DNA from: a virus
Taxonomy: Duplodnaviria; Caudoviricetes
Direction: 5' to 3' (one strand)
Virus record (IMG/VR): IMGVR_UViG_3300027749_004991
Location: 1-58,685 of that record
DNA length: 58,685 nt
A program made the position numbers and the translations under genes. Numbering within the stretch: the stretch's first letter is position 1; each line of letters begins with the position of its first letter. Under the pieces are notes generated by a model that did not search any database, had not been told where the DNA came from, and worked only from the letters and a program-made list of their open reading frames with translations. Positions 1-8,986 of the stretch are shown here, in pieces.

Positions 1-195
1 ATTAAAAATAGAATTAATGAATCTCTCAAACAAATTAATTTTAAACCTGTTTTTGAGATTGATAAAGAGCTTATCGAGTCTACTATTTGGTTCTCAGAAG
101 AGCTTTTAGGTAATAATATGGCAGATTTTTTCCATACAAGGCCCACTGAGTACTCAAAGAAGAATCAATCATTTACTGAAGACGATCTATTTTAA
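1..195 (+). CDS. nrdB: Ribonucleotide reductase class I small (beta) subunit, 3' end (truncated by window edge)
   Basis: Open frame from base 1 to TAA at 193-195 reads ...IKNRINESL...WFSEELLGNNMADFFHTRPTEYSK...EDDLF*, matching the DFF..R..EY C-terminus of beta subunits; directly upstream of nrdA. Confidence 0.85.
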   Translation: MKNRINESLKQINFKPVFEIDKELIESTIWFSEELLGNNMADFFHTRPTEYSKKNQSFTEDDLF

Positions 196-197
196 TC

Positions 198-1844
198 ATG
201 ACAAAGTATAAATGGCTTAATAAGGATTCGAGAAAATTTCTCGAAAGAGGTTATCTAGAAAAAGGCGAGACACCTGAACAGCGCATTCTAGATATTAGTA
301 AGAGAGCGGAGGTACTATTAGGCATTACAGGTTTCGCTGAGAAGTTTGAAGATTATATGAGTAGAGGTTTCTACTCATTGTCTTCTCCTATTTGGTCTAA
401 TTTCGGTCGTAGTAGAGGTCTTCCAATCTCTTGCTTTGGTTCATTTATACCTGATGACATGGAGAAGATCCTTTACAAGATCGGCGAGATTGGTACTATG
501 TCTAAAGTAGGTGGAGGTACTTCAGCTTACTTTGGCGCAGTTAGAGGTCGTGGCGCTCCTATTTCTTCAGGTGGAAACGCTACTGGTGTTCATCATCAGC
601 TAACCGTATTTGATTCCTTAATCAATTATGTATCGCAAGGTAATGTCCGTAGAGGTTCATTTGCTGCATATCTACCGATTGATCACCCTGATGTTGAAGA
701 GTTTCTTAAGATTCGTGGTGAAGGTAACGCTATTCAAGACTTGTCTATTGGTGTTACTGTTACAGATGATTGGATGAAGTCTATGATTACTGGTGATACC
801 TCTAAGCGTAAGCTTTGGGCTAATGTTATTAAGAAGCGTTTCGAGTCTGGTTACCCTTATATATTTTTTACAGATACTGCAAACAATAACGCGCCACAGG
901 TATACAAAGATAAGAATCTTAAAATTAATGCATCAAACTTGTGCACAGAGATCTTCTTATCTACATCTGATGATGAGTCATTTGTGTGTGACCTTTCGTC
1001 TATCAACCTTGAATTGTGGGATGATATAAAGACAACTGACGCTGTTGAAACGCTTATCTACTTCCTTGATGCGGTTATGTCTGAGTTTATTGAAAAGACA
1101 GAAGGTGTTAAGTTTATGGAAGCTCCTCGTAAGTTCGCCGTTAATCAGAGAGCTCTTGGACTTGGTGTTCTTGGATGGCATTCATTACTTCAATCGAAAT
1201 TAATTCCGTTTGAATCATTTGATGCGCAGCTTCTTAATGTCGAGATATTCAAGACTATTAGAGCTCGCTGCGAAGAAGCGACTAAATCTCTTGCTACTCT
1301 ATTAGGTGAACCCCCACTACTTGAAGGTTACGGTAAGCGTAATACTACGCTTATAGCTATTGCTCCTACAACTTCAAGTTCATTTATTTTAGGTCAGGTA
1401 TCTCCTTCTATTGAGCCACTCAACAGTAACTACTTCGTTAAGGATCTCGCAAAGGGTAAGTTTACTTTCAAGAATCCATATCTTGGGCAGCTACTTGACG
1501 AAAAAGGTAAGAATGATCAAGAGACATGGACGAACATTCTACAGTATGGCGGATCTGTTCAGCAGCTAAAATTCCTAACTGATAATGAGCGTAATGTCTT
1601 TAAGACGTTTGGTGAAATTTCTCAAAAAGAAATTATTATCCAAGCTGCACAAAGACAGAAGTGGATTGATCAAGGTCAGTCTCTAAATCTAATGATACCA
1701 CCAGCAGCTAAGCCAAAAGATGTAAATGAGCTGTTAATCTTTGCTTGGGAGCAAGGTATTAAATCTCTATACTATCAGAGATCAGCGAACCCTTCACAAG
1801 AATTAGCTAGGTCTATACTTACGTGTGCAAGTTGTGAAGCATAA
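198..1844 (+). CDS. nrdA: Ribonucleotide reductase class I large (alpha) subunit, short form without ATP cone
   Basis: PISCF, ASNLCTEI, RALGLGVLG, AIAPTTSSS, IDQGQSLN, IKSLYY motifs and C-terminal CASC; 548 aa. Confidence 0.95.
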   Translation: MTKYKWLNKDSRKFLERGYLEKGETPEQRILDISKRAEVLLGITGFAEKFEDYMSRGFYSLSSPIWSNFGRSRGLPISCFGSFIPDDMEKILYKIGEIGTMSKVGGGTSAYFGAVRGRGAPISSGGNATGVHHQLTVFDSLINYVSQGNVRRGSFAAYLPIDHPDVEEFLKIRGEGNAIQDLSIGVTVTDDWMKSMITGDTSKRKLWANVIKKRFESGYPYIFFTDTANNNAPQVYKDKNLKINASNLCTEIFLSTSDDESFVCDLSSINLELWDDIKTTDAVETLIYFLDAVMSEFIEKTEGVKFMEAPRKFAVNQRALGLGVLGWHSLLQSKLIPFESFDAQLLNVEIFKTIRARCEEATKSLATLLGEPPLLEGYGKRNTTLIAIAPTTSSSFILGQVSPSIEPLNSNYFVKDLAKGKFTFKNPYLGQLLDEKGKNDQETWTNILQYGGSVQQLKFLTDNERNVFKTFGEISQKEIIIQAAQRQKWIDQGQSLNLMIPPAAKPKDVNELLIFAWEQGIKSLYYQRSANPSQELARSILTCASCEA

Positions 1845-1852
1845 ATAATTGT

Positions 1853-2194
1853 ATGAGTTTAGACTTTAGTTACCTTATTGAGAGAATGTGCTTGCTTGAA
1901 AGCGGTTATGTTTTCGATCCTGCTAACAAAAAAACAGATCTCGAACTTTCAAATAAAGCGATTAAAATTCTCAAAAAGAATCATGATTTAGTTGCGAGCT
2001 TTAAAAAGCCTGGAAATTTCGGTTTCCAGGCTCTTCACCGTAAAAACCCTTATGGTAACATTTCCTATAATTTAGGTAATACTGTAAGTTATGCTGTTAG
2101 AGGTATTGGTGTGAGAAATCCTAGAACGAAAAAATACATTCTAAACTGGATTGGTTCGCATGAAGAGTACAATAAAATAAAAAATCAAGATTAA
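1853..2194 (+). CDS. Putative RelE/ParE/HigB-like ribonuclease (toxin fold)
   Basis: 113 aa; C-terminal ILNWIGSHEEYNK resembles the (W/F)IG(S/T)HxEYxK end of RelE/HigB-like toxins; preceded by late-type CATAAATA. Confidence 0.55.
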   Translation: MSLDFSYLIERMCLLESGYVFDPANKKTDLELSNKAIKILKKNHDLVASFKKPGNFGFQALHRKNPYGNISYNLGNTVSYAVRGIGVRNPRTKKYILNWIGSHEEYNKIKNQD

Positions 2195-2197
2195 TTT

Positions 2198-2830
2198 ATG
2201 AAATGGAAATATAGAATGTCAGACGATAGTGAATCAGATGCTAGTCAAACTCTTCAACCTATTTTAATTAACAATACGAATAATATTGGTGGTGCATCTA
2301 TTAGGGTTGTTGAGAATACTATATTCTTTTACAGTGATGTTACTGAGCAATCAGCTCTTGAATTAAATCACGCTTTATATGAGCTTGATTCTAAGCTAAC
2401 AACTACTTATAACTTTCTTGGACCTGCCTTTACGCCTCACATTAAATTGAGAATTAATTCTTATGGAGGTTCTCTATTTGCAGGTCTAGCTATTCTCGAT
2501 ACTATCCGCGGACTTCGATCTGAAGTTCATACGTATGTTGATGGTGCCGCTGCCTCAGCTGCGACCATTATTTCGGTAGCCGGGAATAAGCGTTATATCG
2601 GAAAGAATTCGCTAATGCTCATCCATCAGCTATCTACTGGTAACTACGGTAAATATTCTGAGCTCGAAGATGATATGGAAAATAATAAGAGGCTTATGAA
2701 ATCCATTAAAGATATCTACAAGCAGTACACAAAGGTACCAATGAAGCAGATAGATGAGATTCTCAAGCACGACCTCTGGTTTGATTCAGCTAAGTGTCTT
2801 GAACTTGGATTAGTAGATAACATTCTCTAA
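2198..2830 (+). CDS. clpP: ClpP-like serine protease
   Basis: INSYGGS, GAAASAA (catalytic Ser), LMLIHQ (His), HDLWF (Asp), LGLVD motifs. Confidence 0.85.
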   Translation: MKWKYRMSDDSESDASQTLQPILINNTNNIGGASIRVVENTIFFYSDVTEQSALELNHALYELDSKLTTTYNFLGPAFTPHIKLRINSYGGSLFAGLAILDTIRGLRSEVHTYVDGAAASAATIISVAGNKRYIGKNSLMLIHQLSTGNYGKYSELEDDMENNKRLMKSIKDIYKQYTKVPMKQIDEILKHDLWFDSAKCLELGLVDNIL

Positions 2831-2831
2831 A

Positions 2832-4403
2832 TTATTTACGAGCATGTATTTGCTTTAACGCGCTGACAGGTGTTAACGGTTTGTTGATACCTTCAGCCGC
2901 TGCTATGCCTCTCATATCATTATTAGTAGTAGTCAGCCTTAGCGGTATATTATTAAAGTGGTGTGAGTGACTATATGTTTTTACTGTATTAGGAGTATCT
3001 ACACTATACACAATACCATCCTGCACATATCCGATTATTTGATCTGGTACAAGTTCTCCATAAACTGTTGTGTCCATTGTTTCTTGTACTTCAGTTGGAG
3101 CTGTTATGTGGTTGACATATAACTCACCATCGATTAAAGTACCACCACCGACTATAAGGTTATTTAGAACACCAAATGAACCGTAAGCGTAGATCTGTCT
3201 AGTTGATCTCAATTGTATTTTAGGGGAAAATATGTCTATATGTTCAGAGCTACCTACAACTACACCAGCGCTACCACTAATGTTAACCTCAGTAGCGCCT
3301 ATCTTTACTATTGAAGCTCCGATAGTAAGTCCTCCGGATGTTTTGAGCTGAATACCACCTGAACCAACAATAAGGTTGTATTTGTTGCTTACAGTTAGAT
3401 TATAGTTACCACCGACAAAGTTAGAGCTATTATCAACCTCTTCTACATGCGGTACATAATCATTATGGTTAAATACTCCATTCTGACTAACACCAACTTC
3501 TGTAGGTTGAGATCTTCCGTATGTATCAACTCTAATAGATGCGTAGTCGTTTAAAGCTCCACCAATTACTTGTACTTTGTTACGCTTAATATATTCAACT
3601 TCATCTCCACCAGCTCCGAAGTTTTGTTCTAGTGTAGTCAACTGATCTTGAATGCTGACAATATCGTTGACTAGATTAGTCTTGTTGGTGTTTGCTACCC
3701 AATTACCATCCTGTGTTGCTGATGAAAATTCTGGACCAAATAATATTACCCCAGGCGCATTTGAACCACTACTACCAAAAGCAGTTGATATATCTGTTAC
3801 AGTTGGAGAAGTACTTACTGCAGAATTATTTTCATCTTTACGTATAACAGTCGAAAAAGAAGTTACTTCATTGACTCTTGATTTAACATCAGGTACTTTT
3901 GAGTACCCGTAGAATGTATTATTTAACTCCAATCTCGTTTGCTTAAGATCTGGATTGCTAGCACGGGTACCACTTCTTGTAGTTTCAATAACGCTAGTAT
4001 TCGGGTAAGGGTAACTTAGACCACCACGATTTATCCAAAATTGTGCATTCTTATTAGCAATTGGTCTATAAATTTCTCTCCACTTCTTTATAGCATTAAT
4101 CTCAGCTTGTGAGGTAATACCTTTTACCTCGTAGCTATTTTCTGCTACTCTTAAAGTTCTATCTGTACCAACATATTCATTACTACTATTACCAACTGTT
4201 TTAAACTCATCAAACAGTACCTTCGTCTGTTTATTGTTTGTAGCTAATTCGCTATTGACAACGTTATTTATTGTTACGTTAGACCCTGAGAATTGAGATA
4301 GTTTAACTTCTTCTCTCTCAGTTGAGTTGTTTATCTCAAGAGATCCGCCACGTTGGTTAAATATAAATTTGTTTCTGTATTCTAAATCTGATGGATTATC
4401 CAT
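2832..4403 (-). CDS. Baseplate central spike, gp5 C-terminal-like part
   Basis: Follows gp5 OB-fold ORF; beta-repeat-like stretches (TVGNSSNEYVGTDRTLRV, VGGNYNLTVSNKYNLIVG) and HSHH near the C-terminus, as in spike tips. Confidence 0.6.
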   Translation of the reverse strand: MDNPSDLEYRNKFIFNQRGGSLEINNSTEREEVKLSQFSGSNVTINNVVNSELATNNKQTKVLFDEFKTVGNSSNEYVGTDRTLRVAENSYEVKGITSQAEINAIKKWREIYRPIANKNAQFWINRGGLSYPYPNTSVIETTRSGTRASNPDLKQTRLELNNTFYGYSKVPDVKSRVNEVTSFSTVIRKDENNSAVSTSPTVTDISTAFGSSGSNAPGVILFGPEFSSATQDGNWVANTNKTNLVNDIVSIQDQLTTLEQNFGAGGDEVEYIKRNKVQVIGGALNDYASIRVDTYGRSQPTEVGVSQNGVFNHNDYVPHVEEVDNSSNFVGGNYNLTVSNKYNLIVGSGGIQLKTSGGLTIGASIVKIGATEVNISGSAGVVVGSSEHIDIFSPKIQLRSTRQIYAYGSFGVLNNLIVGGGTLIDGELYVNHITAPTEVQETMDTTVYGELVPDQIIGYVQDGIVYSVDTPNTVKTYSHSHHFNNIPLRLTTTNNDMRGIAAAEGINKPLTPVSALKQIHARK

Positions 4404-4404
4404 A

Positions 4405-5142
4405 TTAGTTTGCTAGTTTATTCTCAAAGTCTCCAGGGTAATCTAAAGACTGTGTATGACAATCTACTTGATCTAAGTTATTTATTAAGCTCGTTTCACG
4501 GAAGTCTCGTCTAATACCAAAATAAACAGGAAAGTTTATATCACCACTGTAATGAAATACCCACACCTTTGTGCCCACAGAAGGTACACCAAATATACCT
4601 TTAGATTTGTTTACACTGCTTGAAGGTCTTCCAACAAAAGAATATGGGTTGTTTGTGCCACCTAAATTAGCTTGAGGGTTAGCAAATGCATCACCTATAG
4701 ATGTATCGTAGTTTTCAAAAAAGAAAGAAGGAGATACAACACCCTTCTTAACAGTTGGTGGTATGTTATTATTTGCAGAGAGACTTTCCTTATAATTTGA
4801 ATCTGATATTGTAGCAAGCTCAGAGGGAGAATTGTATCTACCTGGGCTGCCTTCACCCATCAACGGGAAGCATGGCTCTGCCCAAGGAATAAACTTCGAA
4901 ATCTCTTCAAATATTTTTGTATCCGCCCACGAATCGTTTACGTTATTTTTGCCTGGGAATCGCATGTTAAACACTTTATATTCTGCAAGCCAATTTTGTA
5001 ACGGTTGATTGGTCAATTCAGGTATGTAAACTTTAACTCTGTAGAGTTTATTTGGATCATTATTCTTAACGACGATACCTTTATAAAAGCTTGTGTCGTT
5101 GCGATTATATTCGATAATATCATCTGTACCTCTTACATACAT
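4405..5142 (-). CDS. Baseplate hub gp5 N-terminal OB-fold protein
   Basis: YKGIVVKNNDPNKLYRVKVYIP and VPSVGTKVWVF..GDINFPVYFG are Gp5/VgrG OB motifs; start moved to ATG 5142 next to TATAAATA. Confidence 0.8.
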   Translation of the reverse strand: MYVRGTDDIIEYNRNDTSFYKGIVVKNNDPNKLYRVKVYIPELTNQPLQNWLAEYKVFNMRFPGKNNVNDSWADTKIFEEISKFIPWAEPCFPLMGEGSPGRYNSPSELATISDSNYKESLSANNNIPPTVKKGVVSPSFFFENYDTSIGDAFANPQANLGGTNNPYSFVGRPSSSVNKSKGIFGVPSVGTKVWVFHYSGDINFPVYFGIRRDFRETSLINNLDQVDCHTQSLDYPGDFENKLAN

Positions 5143-5147
5143 ATTAC

Positions 5148-5155
5148 TATTTATA
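5148..5155 (-). promoter_or_regulatory. T4-type late promoter TATAAATA, 5 nt before ATG
   Basis: Minus strand reads TATAAATA-gtaat-ATG. Confidence 0.8.
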
Positions 5156-5170
5156 AGTAGATTTTTATAT

Positions 5171-5186
5171 GGAACTCTTTTATAAT
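5171..5186 (+). promoter_or_regulatory. Putative GGAACT-N4-TATAAT promoter of the dpdA-like operon
   Basis: GGAACT cttt TATAAT tagtat ATG; same arrangement at three other genes. Confidence 0.55.
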
Positions 5187-5192
5187 TAGTAT

Positions 5193-5996
5193 ATGTTAGT
5201 ATCTCACGAAACACCTATCAGCTATCTGACTGAATCAAAGCTATACAATGACTACGATTACGCTTTAGTTCATCTATTCGAAACACACCCACAATATTAC
5301 AGGTTCTTTAAATCAAGCTTACTCGAAGGGCGTGAAGTGTTGCTTGATAATTCTATCTTCGAATTGAAAGAAGCGTTTGACTCTGTAAAGTTTGCAAAGT
5401 ATATTGAAGAGCTAAAGCCTACATACTACATCGTTCCTGATGTTCTTGAGGATGTTACAGGTACTGTTAATTCATTTGAGCAGTTTAGACTCGATTATAA
5501 CGATCTACCAGGTCTTAAAATTGGTGCAATTCAGGGCAAGACTTACGATGAAATTGTTGAGTGTTACCGCTATATGGATGTGTTTGCAGATTACATTGCA
5601 ATCTCTTTTGACTTCTCATGGTATCAGCAAATAGGACTTTCATCTAGTTTGAATCCTGATCGCAATAGACTAGAACATATGTGTGATGGAAGAATTAAGC
5701 TCATTAATATGCTTATTAATGATGGTATATGGAATCATAAAAAGCCTCATCACCTTCTTGGATGTTCGCTTGCTAGTGAGTTTGCTGCGTATAAGAATAT
5801 ACCAAGCATTAGATCTATTGATACTTCAAATCCGGTCGTTGGTGGTATCTTGAATAAGCGGTATCTTAAGGGTATTGGATTTAGAGATAAGCCTTCTGTT
5901 CTTCTCGCTGATTTGATTGATCATGTTGTTACTAGTGAACAAGCAGAAGATATTGAACATAACGCAAAGGAATTCAAACATATTATTGGTCGATGA
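5193..5996 (+). CDS. TGT-fold 7-deazaguanine transglycosylase-like protein (DpdA family, probably DpdA3-like)
   Basis: LLDNS, VPDV, AIQG, HHLLG, RSIDTSNP motifs follow the TGT/DpdA barrel order; in operon with queF. Confidence 0.7.
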   Translation: MLVSHETPISYLTESKLYNDYDYALVHLFETHPQYYRFFKSSLLEGREVLLDNSIFELKEAFDSVKFAKYIEELKPTYYIVPDVLEDVTGTVNSFEQFRLDYNDLPGLKIGAIQGKTYDEIVECYRYMDVFADYIAISFDFSWYQQIGLSSSLNPDRNRLEHMCDGRIKLINMLINDGIWNHKKPHHLLGCSLASEFAAYKNIPSIRSIDTSNPVVGGILNKRYLKGIGFRDKPSVLLADLIDHVVTSEQAEDIEHNAKEFKHIIGR

Positions 5997-6535
5997 AGTG
6001 GGCTGCTTTTTATTCTCAAACGGGTTCAGAAATTTGTGATATTTCTGATAAGCTAGGTAGGTATCCAGATCTAATTATAACTGATAATGTAACTGGAGAA
6101 CCTAAAACTGATAGCAGAATTATAAACGCAAAAGCTATCAACACACGTCAATATAAATCTCTGAGTAAGCAAGAAAAGATTGACTATTACAATATTCTAG
6201 ATGGGTACAATATTATAACTTTGCATGGATGGTTAAATATTGTACCTGCAAGTGTATGTAGTAAGTATATGATGTATAATGGTCACCCAGGCCTTATAAC
6301 TTACTATCCGGAGCTGAAAGGAAAGGATCCTCAGGAGAGAGCTTGGGAAAATATGCCTTCGTATATGTATATTGGTAGTGTTATTCATAATGTTACATCT
6401 GAAGTTGACGGTGGCAATGTTGCTGCTCAAAAGAAGAGATTATCAGTAAACTGTACTAGCTTAGACGAGACTTATAAAGAGTTAAAAGAAACTTCTTTGG
6501 AAACATGGGTTGAATTTTTAGAAGATAAACTATAA
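5993..6535 (+). CDS. PurN-like formyltransferase (DpdN candidate)
   Basis: FYSQTGS, LHGWLNIV, YNGHPGLI, GSVIH.V..EVDGG match the GAR transformylase N-H-D active-site motifs; overlaps the dpdA-like stop (ATGA). Confidence 0.8.
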   Translation: MKWAAFYSQTGSEICDISDKLGRYPDLIITDNVTGEPKTDSRIINAKAINTRQYKSLSKQEKIDYYNILDGYNIITLHGWLNIVPASVCSKYMMYNGHPGLITYYPELKGKDPQERAWENMPSYMYIGSVIHNVTSEVDGGNVAAQKKRLSVNCTSLDETYKELKETSLETWVEFLEDKL

Positions 6536-6543
6536 AATACGTT

Positions 6544-7122
6544 ATGTTAATTTCATTTTCAGGAGCACAAAGCACAGGTAAAACTACACTTCTTAAGCAT
6601 TTAGAGGAGTGTAATGATGGTGATGATCTTCCATTTAAGTTTGTACCAGAGGTGACAAGATTAGTTAAGCGTGAGTATGATCTACCAATCAATGAAGATG
6701 GTACAGATATTACGCAGCTATTAATTATGGGTGAGCATCTACGTAATGCATATCGAGCTGGCAGTCAAGTTGATTGTAGCTATATTCTAGATAGATGTTC
6801 TCTTGATGGTATCGTTTATACTCATTGGCTTTGCGATCAACACAAAGTAGGTATGAATGTGTATAGCTTTGCTGAATACATCTTTAGCTCTACTATCAAG
6901 AAATATGATGTTATTTTCTATACATCACCAGATGATGTTAAGTTAGAAGCTGATGGAGAGCGTAGCGATAATGTCAAATTCCGTGACGAAATTATCGAAT
7001 TGTTTACGCAGTATATCAAAACACGAAATATCGACGTTGTAATACTAACTGGTACAGTAAAGGAAAGACTACAAACTATCAAAGCTACTTTAGCGAAAAA
7101 GGGACTTGAAATTAATATTTAA
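6544..7122 (+). CDS. P-loop nucleotide monophosphate kinase-like protein (NadR/AAA_28 type)
   Basis: GAQSTGKTT Walker A, FVPEVTR, ILDRCSLD, DGER lid. Confidence 0.75.
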   Translation: MLISFSGAQSTGKTTLLKHLEECNDGDDLPFKFVPEVTRLVKREYDLPINEDGTDITQLLIMGEHLRNAYRAGSQVDCSYILDRCSLDGIVYTHWLCDQHKVGMNVYSFAEYIFSSTIKKYDVIFYTSPDDVKLEADGERSDNVKFRDEIIELFTQYIKTRNIDVVILTGTVKERLQTIKATLAKKGLEINI

Positions 7123-7139
7123 TAATATAAAATAACATT

Positions 7140-8063
7140 ATGGCACTACAAGAATTAGATAACTCGAATATTAACGTTCACCTTGGTAAGACTTCTTCGT
7201 ATAAATCTCAATACGATCCGAGCTTACTTGTACGTGAACCTCGTCAAACAAACCGAAATCATCTAGGTATTAAGGATGACAATCTTCCGTTCGTAGGTTA
7301 TGATACTTGGAATGGTTACGAAATCTCAGGTCTTACTAACTATGGTTTACCTGCAGTTGGTATTGTGAAGCTTAGTTATTCGTGTGATAGCAAGTATATC
7401 GTTGAGTCGAAGTCTCTTAAGCTGTACTTCAACTCCTTCAATATGACTAATCTTGGCGAAACTGCTCGTGATGTTCTCAAAGAGATTAAGAAGAGAGCTG
7501 TAAAGGATTTGTCTGAGCTGCTTGAAACTACAGTTAGCGTTACTGTTTGCAGTAATGGTGAAGTTCTAGCAGCTAGTAGTATCAACGCTGTGGATGACTG
7601 GCATACACCAGATGTTTTAACTCTTGAAGATACATATCCAGTTGATGGTGTTGAGTTTTCTGTTTATAGTGAGACTCCTGAGTTACTCGAAGTAATAGAA
7701 GATGCTCCAGTTGAAGAAGTTCATTATCATAGTGCTCTACTTAAGTCGAACTGCAGAGTAACTTCACAACCAGACTGGGGTGATGTTTACATCTATATTA
7801 ACTCTAAGAAGACTGTTGATCCTATTTCGTTGTTACAGTATATCGTTTCATTTAGAGATGAATGTCACTTCCATGAAGAGATTTGTGAGACTATCTATAA
7901 GAGACTGTATGATCTTCTTGAACCGAAGGAGCTAAGAGTTAAGTGTCTTTATGCCCGTCGTGGTGGTATCGATATTAACCCGGAAAGAGCTTCTAATGCT
8001 GAATTGCTCTGCGAGATACTTAGTGATACAACTATACCTCATTCTAAGACTCCTAAGCAGTAA
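7140..8063 (+). CDS. queF: NADPH-dependent preQ0 reductase QueF (two-domain type)
   Basis: IVESKSLKLYFNS QueF motif, LKSNC catalytic Cys, QPDW, FHEEICE, ARRGGIDINP. Confidence 0.95.
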   Translation: MALQELDNSNINVHLGKTSSYKSQYDPSLLVREPRQTNRNHLGIKDDNLPFVGYDTWNGYEISGLTNYGLPAVGIVKLSYSCDSKYIVESKSLKLYFNSFNMTNLGETARDVLKEIKKRAVKDLSELLETTVSVTVCSNGEVLAASSINAVDDWHTPDVLTLEDTYPVDGVEFSVYSETPELLEVIEDAPVEEVHYHSALLKSNCRVTSQPDWGDVYIYINSKKTVDPISLLQYIVSFRDECHFHEEICETIYKRLYDLLEPKELRVKCLYARRGGIDINPERASNAELLCEILSDTTIPHSKTPKQ

Positions 8064-8078
8064 TTAACTGATTGTAAT

Positions 8079-8119
8079 AAAAGCCCTAAATAGTGTAACA
8101 GCTATTTAGGGTTTTTTTT
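8079..8119 (+). terminator. Intrinsic terminator after queF
   Basis: aaaagCCCTAAATAG tgtaacag CTATTTAGGG followed by T8. Confidence 0.85.
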
Positions 8120-8127
8120 GTGTTAGA

Positions 8128-8135
8128 TATAAATA
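8128..8135 (+). promoter_or_regulatory. T4-type late promoter TATAAATA
   Basis: TATAAATA-atagt-ATG(8141). Confidence 0.8.
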
Positions 8136-8140
8136 ATAGT

Positions 8141-8461
8141 ATGGCAGCACCTATTTCAAATAACGGTAGTACTTTTTACAACATAAATGAATGTAGATCA
8201 TTTAATCAAACCGTTGCAACAAACCTTACAAGATTATCTTCACAACCTTGTTCTGAAGTCATTCTATACAACAGAACTGGTAGTACATTGAGTGCGTATG
8301 ATAATGGATATTCTACAGAGCCTTTTGCATTCCTTCTTAAGAATGATGAGAGTATGACCTTTAGAGGCTTAGTAAATTCAGATCAGTTATCCGCGAAAGC
8401 AGCAGTTGCAGGTCCTATCTTTTATAGAGCACAATACTTCAGCTTTAACCCTTCTAGATAA
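8141..8461 (+). CDS. Hypothetical late protein, possibly virion structural
   Basis: 106 aa S/T/N-rich ORF with own late promoter and terminator; start moved to ATG 8141. Confidence 0.6.
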   Translation: MAAPISNNGSTFYNINECRSFNQTVATNLTRLSSQPCSEVILYNRTGSTLSAYDNGYSTEPFAFLLKNDESMTFRGLVNSDQLSAKAAVAGPIFYRAQYFSFNPSR

Positions 8462-8484
8462 AACTAGTCTAAATATCATAAAAC

Positions 8485-8517
8485 AAAAAGGTCATCTAAT
8501 AAAATAGATGACCTTTT
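8485..8517. terminator. Bidirectional intrinsic terminator between convergent genes
   Basis: AAAAGGTCATCTA ataaaa TAGATGACCTTTT perfect 13-bp inverted repeat. Confidence 0.85.
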
Positions 8518-8542
8518 CTCTTATAGATTGCTGAGGGGAGCC

Positions 8543-8965
8543 TTAACGATAACCAAGTTGAACGAGTCTTCTAATGTTAGGTGTAACCGAATCATAATTA
8601 TTAGCAGTTAAGGACTGAGCAGATGTAGACGTTACACATGTAAATATTGTTGAAGAACTGTCAGTGTAAATAACTGCAAAAGTAGCACCGTTATATGCTC
8701 TATCTACTCTGAATGTTGTACCTGTAGCAGCTGATAGTGTAGGTGCAAATATACCTGTACCAGAGGAAGGAGATGTGAGAGCGTTAAATGCAATACCTCT
8801 AACCTGTTTTGCGCTAAGTGAAGCGTTGTTAACTGGACCAGTACCAACAGTTAATAGTTCAACAGTATTGTATCCGCCAGTACCGCCAGATAGAGACCAG
8901 GATAGGTTAGCAGGTGACTGCCCGTATGATGAAAGGGCTTGTGATGTAAAGCTAATAATAGGCAT
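8543..8965 (-). CDS. Hypothetical S/T/G-rich late protein, possible capsid decoration protein
   Basis: 140 aa low-charge ORF two genes downstream of gp23, AATAAATA-N5-ATG, strong terminator. Confidence 0.55.
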   Translation of the reverse strand: MPIISFTSQALSSYGQSPANLSWSLSGGTGGYNTVELLTVGTGPVNNASLSAKQVRGIAFNALTSPSSGTGIFAPTLSAATGTTFRVDRAYNGATFAVIYTDSSSTIFTCVTSTSAQSLTANNYDSVTPNIRRLVQLGYR

Positions 8966-8986
8966 ATTAATATTTATTCTACCTGC

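Noticed and set aside
5143-5214. Overlap between the gp5-like ORF and the dpdA-like gene
   Set aside because: Likely start is 5142; the interval holds divergent promoters
5993-6535. PurN as a purine-biosynthesis auxiliary gene
   Set aside because: No other pur genes in the window; translational coupling to the DpdA-like gene and queF favours a preQ1 formyltransferase
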